NCBI GenBank assembly: GCA_963817525.1
Contig: CAWFOU010000001.1
Location: 640,001-704,000, forward strand
DNA from: an uncultured archaeon
Lineage (GTDB): Archaea > Thermoproteota > Nitrososphaeria > Nitrososphaerales > Gagatemarchaeaceae
DNA length: 64,000 nucleotides
Direction: 5' to 3'
Shown here: positions 29,883 through 38,537 of the stretch, piece by piece
Numbering within the stretch: position 1 is the first letter of the stretch
How the letters are laid out: each line of letters starts with the position of its first letter
Position numbers and translations under genes: made by a program
The notes under the pieces: model-generated
Seen by the model: the letters and a program-made list of their open reading frames with translations, nothing else
The model's database searches: none
Told to the model about the DNA's origin: nothing

Positions 29883-30665
29883 CTAGGCGCTCCTCAGGAG
29901 CTTCACGAACAACTGGCCGGCCTTGGCGTCTACTTTGGACTCGACGACCTTCACCTTTGCCGAGAAGACCGACTCAACTATCCCCGCGATTATCCCGCAT
30001 ACAAACCTGCTCGGCTCGGTCGATCCCTCTAGTTGCGGGGCGTCCTGAACGGTCACTTCGTATCCCTCCTTGGTCGTCTTGAAGTCGAAGATCCCCCACC
30101 CGGTCGCCCGCAGTCCGTCCTTAGCGACCTCAAGGAGGGATTCTAGGCTGAAGTCGGGGGCGTCCGTTACCAGCTTGTAGCCTTTCATGACCTCGGCCGC
30201 GTAGCTCTCTCCCTCCCTGAACATGATCGCGCTTCCCGCCGAGCCAAGATCCTCCCCAAGCCTTTTCTCCATGTTGAGCAGCCTGTCCATCCCCAGTATC
30301 AGGGCCCTGCTCCCCGAAAAGACGACGATGGGGAAGTGGAACTTGTCGAAAGGGGACTTTTCGGTGCTGGCGAACTCCACCCGCTGCACGAAGCTCATCG
30401 CTCTGATCTCCTTGCGCAGCTCCTCCGCGCTCCTGTCTGCCTGCGCCAGGTCGCAGTAGTAAGTCCCAGACAAAGTGCCCGTGCCAGGGTCTAGCTGACA
30501 GTGCGCCATCAGTATCTCGGCGTCGTGCCGGGCGAACACCTCGACTATCGCTCCCAAGGAGCGAAGTTCACGCTTCCAGACCACGAGGAACTCATAGACC
30601 TTCTCGTTCGGCCAGATGGACACGGCGAGATTGCGTGGTATGTACTTTGCCTTCGCAAGAATCAC
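29883..30665 (-). CDS. ACT-like plus V4R/4VR domain protein
   Basis: N-terminal ACT-like segment; C-terminal GSAIMFREG...ATGWG...SRFVCGIIAGIVESVF...VVESK V4R pattern. Confidence 0.7.
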   Translation of the reverse strand: MILAKAKYIPRNLAVSIWPNEKVYEFLVVWKRELRSLGAIVEVFARHDAEILMAHCQLDPGTGTLSGTYYCDLAQADRSAEELRKEIRAMSFVQRVEFASTEKSPFDKFHFPIVVFSGSRALILGMDRLLNMEKRLGEDLGSAGSAIMFREGESYAAEVMKGYKLVTDAPDFSLESLLEVAKDGLRATGWGIFDFKTTKEGYEVTVQDAPQLEGSTEPSRFVCGIIAGIVESVFSAKVKVVESKVDAKAGQLFVKLLRSA

Positions 30666-30927
30666 GAGAAGAAAGTTGTGAATTCGGAGATATTAATACT
30701 GTGGTGATTCGATTTCGCCCAGATCGGGAGTGCAGTGACGGGTTCGACCTCAGGGACGTCCTCGACACCCCTCGGAGCTCGATGAGAAAGTCCTTCTGTC
30801 AGGTGACCTCAAGACGCCTGTGGAGATCAGGAGGCTGGATCCTCGATCGATATCGGCGGTCGACATCCTCTCCGGCGCGCTGGAAGTGCAGTAGAACCCA
30901 AATAGGCTCGGCGGCGGGGAAGAGAAC

Positions 30928-32556
30928 GTGGAGCGAGGCAAGTCGAACCAGGACGTCCAGGTGAAGACCGCGATACTCAGCGTCGCGGACAAGTCCGGGC
31001 TCGTCGACTTTGCGAACGGGCTCACGTCGTTGGGGACCTCCCTCCTCGCGACTGGCGGGACGTTCACCGCTCTGAAGGAGGCGGGAGTCGAGGTCAGGAG
31101 CCTCGGGGAGGCGATGGGGCTCTCGGAGGCGCTCTCGGGCAGGGTGAAGACCCTGCACTCGAACCTGTTCGCCGGAATACTCGCCAAGAGGGGGGACGTC
31201 GGGCACATGCGCGAGCTGAAGGCGATGGGAGTCTCCCCCATCGACATGGTGGTCTGCAACTTCTATCCCTTCGAGAAGGTCGCTGCAGACCCGAAGGCGA
31301 CGGACGAGACGATAATCGAGAACATCGACATCGGGGGGCCTTCGATGGTCAGGGCATCGACGAAGAACCACCTCTACGTCACCGTGGTCCCGTCCCCGAG
31401 GTTCTACGCCCCGGTGCTCCAGGAGATGAAGGAGAAGGGAGGGAAGGTGGGGATAGGGCTCAGGAAGACTCTGGCGGTGGAGGCCTTCGCGATGACGGCC
31501 TCGTACGACGCGATGATCTACAACGAGCTGAGGCGCAGGTTCTCCGCGGACGACAAGTTCCCGGGAAGGTTCCTGCTCTCGGCCACGAAGCACCAGGACG
31601 CGAGGTACGGGGAGAACCCCGACCAGAAGGCGTCGATATACTCAATCGACGGCGCGCGGAGCATGACGGCGTGGAAGCAGCTCTCAGGCGAGGCCCTCTC
31701 CTTCAACAACTACCTCGACATCGGGAGCGCCTACGACATCGTCGAGGGCTTCGAGGACGTCCCCACGGCCGCCACGGTCAAGCACGGCCAGATCAGCGGC
31801 TTCGCCTTTGCGCCGAGCATCGCGAAGGCGTACGCGCTCGCGCACGCCTGCGACCCCGAGGCCGACTTTGGGGGGACGGTCATAGTGAACCGCAGGGTCG
31901 ACGCCACGGCCGCGCGCTTGGTCGGGAAGAACGAGGGGAAGGAGGACGAGTCGGTGTACACGGAGATACTCATCGCCCCCGGCTACGACGACGACGCGAG
32001 GGAGATCCTCGCGACGAAGCAGAAGAAGAAGATACGCATGATACAGGCAGAGCAGAGGCCCGACTACGTCTACGACCTGAAGGAGCTCGAGGGGGCGCTG
32101 CTCCTACAGGAGGCGGTGGACTACCGGAAGAAGCTCGAGAGGAGCAAGCTCACCTTCCCGACGGAGGTCAAGCCCGACGCGGCCACCGTGGACAAGCTGC
32201 TCGCCACTTGGGAGGTGGTGAGGAGGGTCCAGTCGAACGGGATAGTCATCGCGAACGGGTCCCACGACGGGAGCGGGCGCCTCGGCGAGTTCTGGACCCT
32301 CGGGGTGGCGAGCTTCAGGAAGCGGAGCGGGGCGGTCAAGATAGCGCTCGACAACGCGGGGGCGAGGGCTAAGGGCGCCGTCTGCGCCTCCGACGGGTTC
32401 TTCCCGTTCAGGGACAACGTCGACCTGCTCGGCAGGGCGGGCGTCGCAGCCGCGGTCCAGCCGGGGGGCTCGATAAGCGACCACGAGGTGGTCAAGGCCG
32501 CCGACGAGTACGGGATGGCGATGGCCATGACCCACACGAGGGCCTTCAAGCACTAG
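30928..32556 (+). CDS. purH: Bifunctional AICAR transformylase / IMP cyclohydrolase
   Basis: ILSVADK, GRVKTLH, IDIGGPSM, RYGENPDQ, ASDGFFPF, QPGGS, RAFKH. Confidence 0.95.
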   Translation: MERGKSNQDVQVKTAILSVADKSGLVDFANGLTSLGTSLLATGGTFTALKEAGVEVRSLGEAMGLSEALSGRVKTLHSNLFAGILAKRGDVGHMRELKAMGVSPIDMVVCNFYPFEKVAADPKATDETIIENIDIGGPSMVRASTKNHLYVTVVPSPRFYAPVLQEMKEKGGKVGIGLRKTLAVEAFAMTASYDAMIYNELRRRFSADDKFPGRFLLSATKHQDARYGENPDQKASIYSIDGARSMTAWKQLSGEALSFNNYLDIGSAYDIVEGFEDVPTAATVKHGQISGFAFAPSIAKAYALAHACDPEADFGGTVIVNRRVDATAARLVGKNEGKEDESVYTEILIAPGYDDDAREILATKQKKKIRMIQAEQRPDYVYDLKELEGALLLQEAVDYRKKLERSKLTFPTEVKPDAATVDKLLATWEVVRRVQSNGIVIANGSHDGSGRLGEFWTLGVASFRKRSGAVKIALDNAGARAKGAVCASDGFFPFRDNVDLLGRAGVAAAVQPGGSISDHEVVKAADEYGMAMAMTHTRAFKH

Positions 32557-32610
32557 AAACGGCGTCATCTCTTAAATTCCGGAGCGCGCCACCAGGCGGC
32601 CGGAAAGCGC

Positions 32611-33288
32611 ATGCCCTCCTTAGCCCCGGCCATTCGACTATCGGGCCTTCTGGCCCTGGTCTTGATCCTGTCGCAGGTATCTGTACCTGCGCTGGCGCAG
32701 ACCTACGCTGTCACCCTCCAGACCAACTCGCCCTCCTATTCCGGGGTCGGGCCGATCAAGATAACAGGTCAGGTCTCGCCCGCACCTGGGCCCGACACCG
32801 CTGTCGTGATAACGATAGACAATCCGGCGCGGAGCGTGGCGGAGATCACCGAGGTTGTGCCGAACCCGACAACTGGGAGCTTCAGCTACACCGCCCATCC
32901 GGGCGGAAACGCGGCGTGGACGACCGGGACTTTCACGGTCAACGCCACTTGGGGCGGCGCCGGCGAGACCGCGACGCAGGTGGCGACCTTTGCGTACACC
33001 GCGAGCACGGCGAGCACGGCGAGCACGAGCAGCAGCTCGAGCTCCACCTCGACCACGAGCACGACCAGCAGCGCTCCCAGGAGCTCCAGCATCTCCAGCT
33101 CGTCCAGCACAAGCACGACCTCGAAAGCAACGCCCGCGCCCGAGTTCCCGGCGAGCGCCCTCGCGCTGGTGGCCCTGGTCGGAGTGGCGGTGGTGGCGGC
33201 GCTCTCGAGAAGGATCGCAGCCCAGTCACCAAGCGGTTCAGGTCGCTCCGGCCGCTCGCGCGGTGCAAATACCGTGAAGACGGATTAA
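32611..33288 (+). CDS. Secreted surface protein with PEF-CTERM (archaeosortase-type) signal
   Basis: Signal peptide, Ig-like domain, Ser/Thr linker, PEFP + TM + RR. Confidence 0.8.
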   Translation: MPSLAPAIRLSGLLALVLILSQVSVPALAQTYAVTLQTNSPSYSGVGPIKITGQVSPAPGPDTAVVITIDNPARSVAEITEVVPNPTTGSFSYTAHPGGNAAWTTGTFTVNATWGGAGETATQVATFAYTASTASTASTSSSSSSTSTTSTTSSAPRSSSISSSSSTSTTSKATPAPEFPASALALVALVGVAVVAALSRRIAAQSPSGSGRSGRSRGANTVKTD

Positions 33289-33331
33289 ATAGGACTCGGC
33301 TTCGGGCGAGCCCTGCAACAGCGATTTCACA

Positions 33332-34486
33332 ATGAAACCAGAACAATTGATGCGGATGCCGGTGACCGAGCTTCTATCCGACGTAGAGATATTCCCGTCG
33401 ACCGCGAGCGTCTCGAAGGTGATCGGCTACCTCAACGAGTCGCCGCTGAGAGAGGCCTTCGTGGACGGGGGCGACGCTGCCACCTACATAGTCGGGGTCT
33501 GGGACCTCTTGAACGTTAACACCCTCGAGACCAAGCTCTCGACGCTGATGCGCCAGGTGCACCGCCTCGGCCCTAACAACACGGTGAGCGACGCGGCCTC
33601 GCTGATGCGCGAGCTGAGGACGCGCTCGATGCCGATCTACAAGGAGAGGAAGCTCATCGGCCAGATCACCTCCCCCTCCATAGTCGGCAAGCTGCTGGAC
33701 TCCGACACCCCCGGGAAGATCTCGTCGATAATGACCCCGAACCCCGTCTCCATGGACGTCTCGGACCCCGTCTCCAAGGGGAGGGAGGCCATGCAAAAGA
33801 AGAAGGTCGACCAGCTGCCGGTCAGCAAGAAGGGAGCGCTCTACGGGATACTCACCGCCGAGGAGGTGGTCTTCAACCTGATGCCCAAGGCCATCAAGGA
33901 CACGAAGGGTGCCGGCGAGACCGGAAGATACGGCGAGCCGCTCGGCACCTTCGCGAACACGGACGCCGTGACGAACGAGATCACCAGCTCGCTCCGAGAC
34001 GTGTATCAGAACATGTCCAAGAAGGGCTCGAACTACTCGGTCATATTGAGCATGGGCGAGATCCAGGGGATAGTCACGTACCGAGACTTCCTGACGGTGC
34101 TCGAGAGGAAGGGCGCAGCGAGTTCGATCCCCATGTACATCGTCGGGCTCCCGGACGACCCCTTCGAGGCCGAGACCGCCAGGAAGAAGTTCCAGGGTGC
34201 GGTCGAGCTCCTCCGCAGGAGCGTCCCCGACATATCGGAGGCGAGGGCGGTCATCAAGATGGGCGAGACAAAGTCTCCGAAGAAGAAGTACGAGGTGAAG
34301 GTCTTCCTCGTCCACCCCAGGGAGCACTACTCCTACAGCGTGCGCTCGTTCGAGCTAGCCGACGCCTTCGACGAGGTGAACAACTGGGTCAAGGAGATCG
34401 TGCAGCGCTCCAGGCCTAGGAAGCAGAGGACGCCCAACGCACGCTCCTATCCGGACGACTGGCGGCCCGAGACCGCCCCCGGCTAG
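33332..34486 (+). CDS. Four CBS domains fused to an HPF/RaiA-like domain (candidate ribosome hibernation factor)
   Basis: Two CBS pairs (about residues 8-258), then IPMYIVGL...YEVKVFL...ELADAFDEV with the beta-alpha-beta-beta-beta-alpha pattern. Confidence 0.7.
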   Translation: MKPEQLMRMPVTELLSDVEIFPSTASVSKVIGYLNESPLREAFVDGGDAATYIVGVWDLLNVNTLETKLSTLMRQVHRLGPNNTVSDAASLMRELRTRSMPIYKERKLIGQITSPSIVGKLLDSDTPGKISSIMTPNPVSMDVSDPVSKGREAMQKKKVDQLPVSKKGALYGILTAEEVVFNLMPKAIKDTKGAGETGRYGEPLGTFANTDAVTNEITSSLRDVYQNMSKKGSNYSVILSMGEIQGIVTYRDFLTVLERKGAASSIPMYIVGLPDDPFEAETARKKFQGAVELLRRSVPDISEARAVIKMGETKSPKKKYEVKVFLVHPREHYSYSVRSFELADAFDEVNNWVKEIVQRSRPRKQRTPNARSYPDDWRPETAPG

Positions 34487-34543
34487 AAGCCACGGGGGAC
34501 CGAGTACCCGTCCAAGGCGCACTACGGAAATATAAGATGTTAC

Positions 34544-35512
34544 ATGGTCAGCGCGGGCAAAGTGACTCGAACGTCTGCCAAGGCGGGGATGGCGGGGCGG
34601 TCCCTGCTGTCGGTCTCAGACCTCTCCGCGCGCGAGCTGTCGGCCATGCTGGACCGGATGAAGTCCCTGAAGCCGGCGATCAAGAGGCGAGAGCCGCTGT
34701 CGGACCTCCGCGGCAAGGCCGTAGGGATGCTCTTTGAGAAGCCCTCCACCAGGACAAGGACGAGCTTCGAGGTGGCGACGGTGAGGTTGGGCGGGTTCCC
34801 CGTCTATCTGGCGTCCGAGGAGCTGCAGACGAGCCGAGGGGAGCCCGTCAAGGACACGGCGAGGGTGCTCGGTAGCTACCTCGACGTCATAGTGGGCAGG
34901 GTGTTCTCGCACGAGACCCTTGCCACGATGGCCGAGTTCTCGGGCGTGCCGGTCCTCAACGGCCTCAGCGACCTAGAGCACCCCACGCAGGTGATCTCCG
35001 ACCTCTTCACCATCAGCGAGAGCAAGGGGAAGCTGAAGGGGCTGACCCTCTCCTTCATCGGGGACGGCGACAACGTCTGCAACTCCCTGCTGCTGGGGGC
35101 GTCCCTCATGGGGATGAACGCGGTAGCGGCGTGTCCCAACGGCTACTCGCCGAACCCTGACATACTCCGCAGGGCAGAGGAGAACGCCAAGGAGTCTGGG
35201 TCGACCGTGAGGGTGGTCGACGACCCCAAGGAGGCGGCGGTAGACTCGGACGTGCTCTACACCGACGTCTGGGTGAGCATGGGGGAGGAGAACGAGAGGG
35301 CCAGGCGCATGCGCGCCTTCCGCGGGTTCCAGATAAACTCGGAGATCCTGAAGCTCGCCTCCAGGAACGCGATAGTTATGCACTGCCTGCCCGCGCACCG
35401 GGGGCTGGAGATAACCGACGAGGTCATCGAGGGGAAGCAGTCCGTCGTGTGGAGGCAGGCCGAGAACAAGCTCTACGGCGCGGCAGCGGCCCTTGACTTT
35501 GTGACCGGGTGA
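34544..35512 (+). CDS. argF: Ornithine carbamoyltransferase
   Basis: STRTR, HPTQ, DVWVSMG, HCLP. Confidence 0.96.
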   Translation: MVSAGKVTRTSAKAGMAGRSLLSVSDLSARELSAMLDRMKSLKPAIKRREPLSDLRGKAVGMLFEKPSTRTRTSFEVATVRLGGFPVYLASEELQTSRGEPVKDTARVLGSYLDVIVGRVFSHETLATMAEFSGVPVLNGLSDLEHPTQVISDLFTISESKGKLKGLTLSFIGDGDNVCNSLLLGASLMGMNAVAACPNGYSPNPDILRRAEENAKESGSTVRVVDDPKEAAVDSDVLYTDVWVSMGEENERARRMRAFRGFQINSEILKLASRNAIVMHCLPAHRGLEITDEVIEGKQSVVWRQAENKLYGAAAALDFVTG

Positions 35513-35581
35513 GAGCGCCCGCCATCCCGCGGGTCCGGTGAGAAAGCATATCTATCGTTCGCGATTGGCGGGACTCAATCG

Positions 35582-36391
35582 TTGAAAATCAGGGACGCCC
35601 TGCCCCACGTCTTCAACAGGGCCTATCCGGTCCTGGACCCGAAGATGCCCATGCTGCCCGCCGTCTCCATGCTGCGCTTCCAGGTGATTGACGGCCTCCC
35701 CCTCGTCATCGACGTCACCACCTCGAGGCCGCGGGCCCTCCACGGGTACTCGCTGCTCAAGAGGCTGCTCGCGATCGGCCAGGGGGGGTTCTGGAAGTTC
35801 ATTGAGAGGCCATGCGAGGACGCGGCGCAGAGCATAGGCGTCGTAGGCGCGGACGAGAACCTGGAGCGACTGTTCGAGGTCTTCCTCAAGGAGCGGTTCG
35901 GGTTCGCATGGATAAGCGACACGGAGCGGACGGGGGTCCCCGTCAGCCTCGCGGACGTCCTCGAGCTCTACAAGAACGGGACGCTGGAGAGCGACCTCCA
36001 GGTCAAGGACGTGGCGTCGCCCATCTTCGCCCTCCCCGGGATGACGCCCCTCAGGAAGGCCCTGCTCTTCATGTTCAGCCACAGGTTCAGGCGGGTCTTC
36101 CTCTCGGCGGGGGGTGCGTTCATATCCGACCGCAGCATCATCAGCCACATTTTCAGCCCTGCGGTGCTGCACGACCTCGCCGCCAACCCGGACAACCTGC
36201 TGGAGCTTCCCATCGCTGAGATAGAGAAGAGCAGGCCGCGGAGGGTCCCCGGACGCACAACGCTCAAGGCGGCGGCCAACACCCTCGGAGGGGACATCGG
36301 GCAGTGCCTCACGTCTAGGGGGTCTGTCATCACCCCGTGGGACATCATCATGAAGCCGTGGGTGGCCAAGAAGCTCAGGATAAACAACTGA
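35582..36391 (+). CDS. CBS domain protein
   Basis: Degenerate CBS repeats (VKDVASPIFALPG; VITPWDII). Confidence 0.65.
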   Translation: MKIRDALPHVFNRAYPVLDPKMPMLPAVSMLRFQVIDGLPLVIDVTTSRPRALHGYSLLKRLLAIGQGGFWKFIERPCEDAAQSIGVVGADENLERLFEVFLKERFGFAWISDTERTGVPVSLADVLELYKNGTLESDLQVKDVASPIFALPGMTPLRKALLFMFSHRFRRVFLSAGGAFISDRSIISHIFSPAVLHDLAANPDNLLELPIAEIEKSRPRRVPGRTTLKAAANTLGGDIGQCLTSRGSVITPWDIIMKPWVAKKLRINN

Positions 36392-36464
36392 GCGCGGCTT
36401 CGGCTGTGGGGGATTGGAGTCGGCTGGCCCAGATTTGAACCGGAACCGGGGAAGCGAAGAAAGA

Positions 36465-36538
36465 TGGGTCAGGGGAGGTTTGAACTCCCGATTTCCGCCG
36501 TGTGAGAGCGGCGTCCTACCAGGCTAGACCACTGACCC
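36465..36538 (-). tRNA. tRNA-Val(CAC), intron-less, CCA not encoded
   Basis: Minus strand GGGTCAG-TG-GTCTAGCCTGGTAGGAC-G-CCGCT-CTCACAC-GGCGG-AAATC-GGGAG-TTCAAAC-CTCCC-CTGACCC-A folds as a cloverleaf; TTAAAA box at 36561-36566. Confidence 0.95.
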
Positions 36539-36629
36539 GGCGGCACCGCATGGGCAGCGCTTTTAAGACGAACGGTCGCTGAACTCTTCGATTTCACGCC
36601 AATTTCCTTCGTGGGCATTTTATCCCGGC

Positions 36630-37358
36630 TTGAGTCGGATGGGCGAAGATAAAGCTCCACGAGCTCCACTTATCGTGGCGATTCAGGAGTCAGATGATTT
36701 CGGCCACTACACGGACTGGCCTCAGCTCGCCGGCTACTTTGATGGTGACGGTAGCATAAGCATTCGGAGGACATCTCGAGGAAGACCGTTCACTCTCCTT
36801 CCGGCCTTAGAGTTTACCGACATGTCAAGACGACAAATAAGGATGGTGAAGGAATTCCTGCTTTCACGCGGGATTCGTACCGGTGCCATGACTAATCGAA
36901 CTGGCGCTTGGAGGGTAGAGGTGGGCACAATCGAGGGTGTGACGAGGGCCCTAACTGCCATGGTGCCTTTTCTTTTCAAGAAGAAGACAGAAGCAGGAGC
37001 GACGCTGGATTATCTGGCTGACAAGATAAGCGGCAATGAGTTCCAGAGAATCCTTAGGGCTGCCGTGCGCAGAGGAGATAGGGAGAGAGTCGCACCATTC
37101 ATCGACCTCCCGTGGACGAGAAGTGCGGGCGCCAAGAAGGCCATGGAGCTATCTTGGAAATTCGCCGGAGGTAAGCCCTTGCTCGGGCCGGAAGGCCAAC
37201 TCGAAATCATTCGTCGCTTCGGGGCGGGGCAGAGCCAACGGGGGATTGCAAGGTGTATGGGAATTTCCCGCGGCATGGTACGCCGGACGGTATCCCGACA
37301 TACGGCTCGCAAACCCCCCTCGCCCCGCCGAGTGAGAGCGGCGTCCAAACCAGGCTAG
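36630..37358 (+). CDS. Free-standing single-motif LAGLIDADG endonuclease with C-terminal HTH
   Basis: QLAGYFDGDGSI, PFLFKKK, GQSQRGIARCMGISRGMVRR; visibly less GC-rich than neighbours. Start may be a downstream GTG. Confidence 0.82.
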   Translation: MSRMGEDKAPRAPLIVAIQESDDFGHYTDWPQLAGYFDGDGSISIRRTSRGRPFTLLPALEFTDMSRRQIRMVKEFLLSRGIRTGAMTNRTGAWRVEVGTIEGVTRALTAMVPFLFKKKTEAGATLDYLADKISGNEFQRILRAAVRRGDRERVAPFIDLPWTRSAGAKKAMELSWKFAGGKPLLGPEGQLEIIRRFGAGQSQRGIARCMGISRGMVRRTVSRHTARKPPSPRRVRAASKPG

Positions 37359-37369
37359 ACGATCGGCCC
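37312..37369 (-). pseudogene. Degenerate 5' portion of a tRNA-Val(CAC)-like gene
   Basis: GGGCCGATCGTCTAGCCTGGTTTGGACGCCGCTCTCACTCGGCGG matches the D and anticodon arms of 36465-36538; no T-loop or 3' acceptor strand; TTAAAT box at 37396-37401. Confidence 0.75.
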
Positions 37370-37418
37370 AGGGACAGTGCGCGCCTTTCGAGCCGATTTA
37401 AGCTCTGGGTTCACTATT

Positions 37419-37586
37419 TTACTTCTTGAGCCCGACCGACCTGTTCTTCAGCCTCAGGACCGAGGCGTGGCACTTCCGGCACCTCGTTGCCGAGAGCGCG
37501 TTCCTCGCCCCGCAGCGCAGGCAGACCTTGAGGAAGAGCCGCCTCTTCTGGGCGATCTGCTTCTTTGTGACGTCGGCGATCGGCAT
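37419..37586 (-). CDS. rpl40e: 50S ribosomal protein L40e
   Basis: KVCLRCGARNALSATRCRKCH...LRLK; ATG at 37586. Confidence 0.93.
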   Translation of the reverse strand: MPIADVTKKQIAQKRRLFLKVCLRCGARNALSATRCRKCHASVLRLKNRSVGLKK

Positions 37587-37661
37587 CTCGTGGATTCGTT
37601 CCCAAGCCGTCAAGGACCCGCTTAAGGACTTTTCGAGCCGCGAAGCCCGGACGAGGTCTAC

Positions 37662-38537
37662 TCAGCGCCCCGCGCCCACCAGCACGGGTATCTCCGATGT
37701 CGTCCGGGCGACCCTCGCGCCGGCCCTGCTGAGCGAGGCGACCTTCGACTCGGCGGTCCCATAGTCGCCGTAGATTATCGCCCCTGCGTGGCCCATGTGC
37801 TTCTCCCTGGGAGCCGACCTTCCCGCGATGTAGGCGACCACGGGCTTTGCGAACCCGCTGTCGAGGATGTGCTCCGCCAACCTCTCCTCGGCGTCCCCGC
37901 CTATCTCCCCGACCACGACCACCGACCTCACCTCGTCCATTGTCGCGGCCCAGTCGAGGCACTCCGGTAAGGTCGTACAGTTCACAGGGTCTCCCCCCAC
38001 GCCCAGCGCCACGTGCTGTCCGAGGCCGCTCCTCGAGAGGGCGTCGGCCACCTCGTACATCAGCGTCCCGCTCCGGGAGAAGAGGGCGACCCCGCCCTCC
38101 CGAAAGGAGGGGGCGGGCATTATCCCGAGCTTCAGCTGCTTCGAAGGGACTATCACGCCAGGGGTGTTCGGACCTATCACCCGCGCTCCAGTCTCCTGGC
38201 AGAGGCGAATCATCTTCAAGGTGTCTCGGATGGGGACATGCTCCGTTATCGCGACGAGGAGCCGTACCCCCGCCCCCACCGCTTCCTCGGCGGCCGAAAG
38301 GAGAGTGGGAGCGGGCACGAAGAGCACCGAGGCCCTCGCGCCAGTCCTCTCGACGGCCTCCTTCACCGTGTCGAAGACGGGCACCCCCTCGACGACCATC
38401 CCGCCCTTGCCCGGCGTGACGCCCGCGGCCACCCTTGTGCCGTACTCGCGCATCAGCCCCGCGTGTAGGCTGCCGTACCTGCCGGTGAGACCCTGGACGA
38501 GGACCGGGTCGCCCTCCCCCGGCAGCGCGAAGCTCAA
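37662..38537 (-). CDS. sucD: Succinyl-CoA synthetase alpha subunit
   Basis: VQGLTG, IGPNTPG, SRSGTL, GEIGG, MGHAGA. Confidence 0.95.
   Translation of the reverse strand: MSFALPGEGDPVLVQGLTGRYGSLHAGLMREYGTRVAAGVTPGKGGMVVEGVPVFDTVKEAVERTGARASVLFVPAPTLLSAAEEAVGAGVRLLVAITEHVPIRDTLKMIRLCQETGARVIGPNTPGVIVPSKQLKLGIMPAPSFREGGVALFSRSGTLMYEVADALSRSGLGQHVALGVGGDPVNCTTLPECLDWAATMDEVRSVVVVGEIGGDAEERLAEHILDSGFAKPVVAYIAGRSAPREKHMGHAGAIIYGDYGTAESKVASLSRAGARVARTTSEIPVLVGAGR

Noticed and set aside
30814-30827. ACGCCTGTGGAGAT, resembling a TnpB omegaRNA motif
   Set aside because: No partner stem or right-end hairpin follows; probably chance within a coding remnant.
33001-33120. Short tandem repeats (GCGAGCACG x3 and similar; also near 61350-61420)
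   Set aside because: They encode Ser/Thr linkers of surface proteins; no repeat-spacer structure.
36415-36445. GGTTCAAATC T-loop-like sequence downstream of tRNA-Val as a possible att site or 3' tRNA half
   Set aside because: The flanking stem is weak and cannot pair with the acceptor strand of either tRNA copy.
36465-37369. A single tRNA interrupted by an endonuclease-encoding intron
   Set aside because: The ORF is antisense to the tRNA, the downstream tRNA is already complete with its own TATA, and no matching 3' exon was found.
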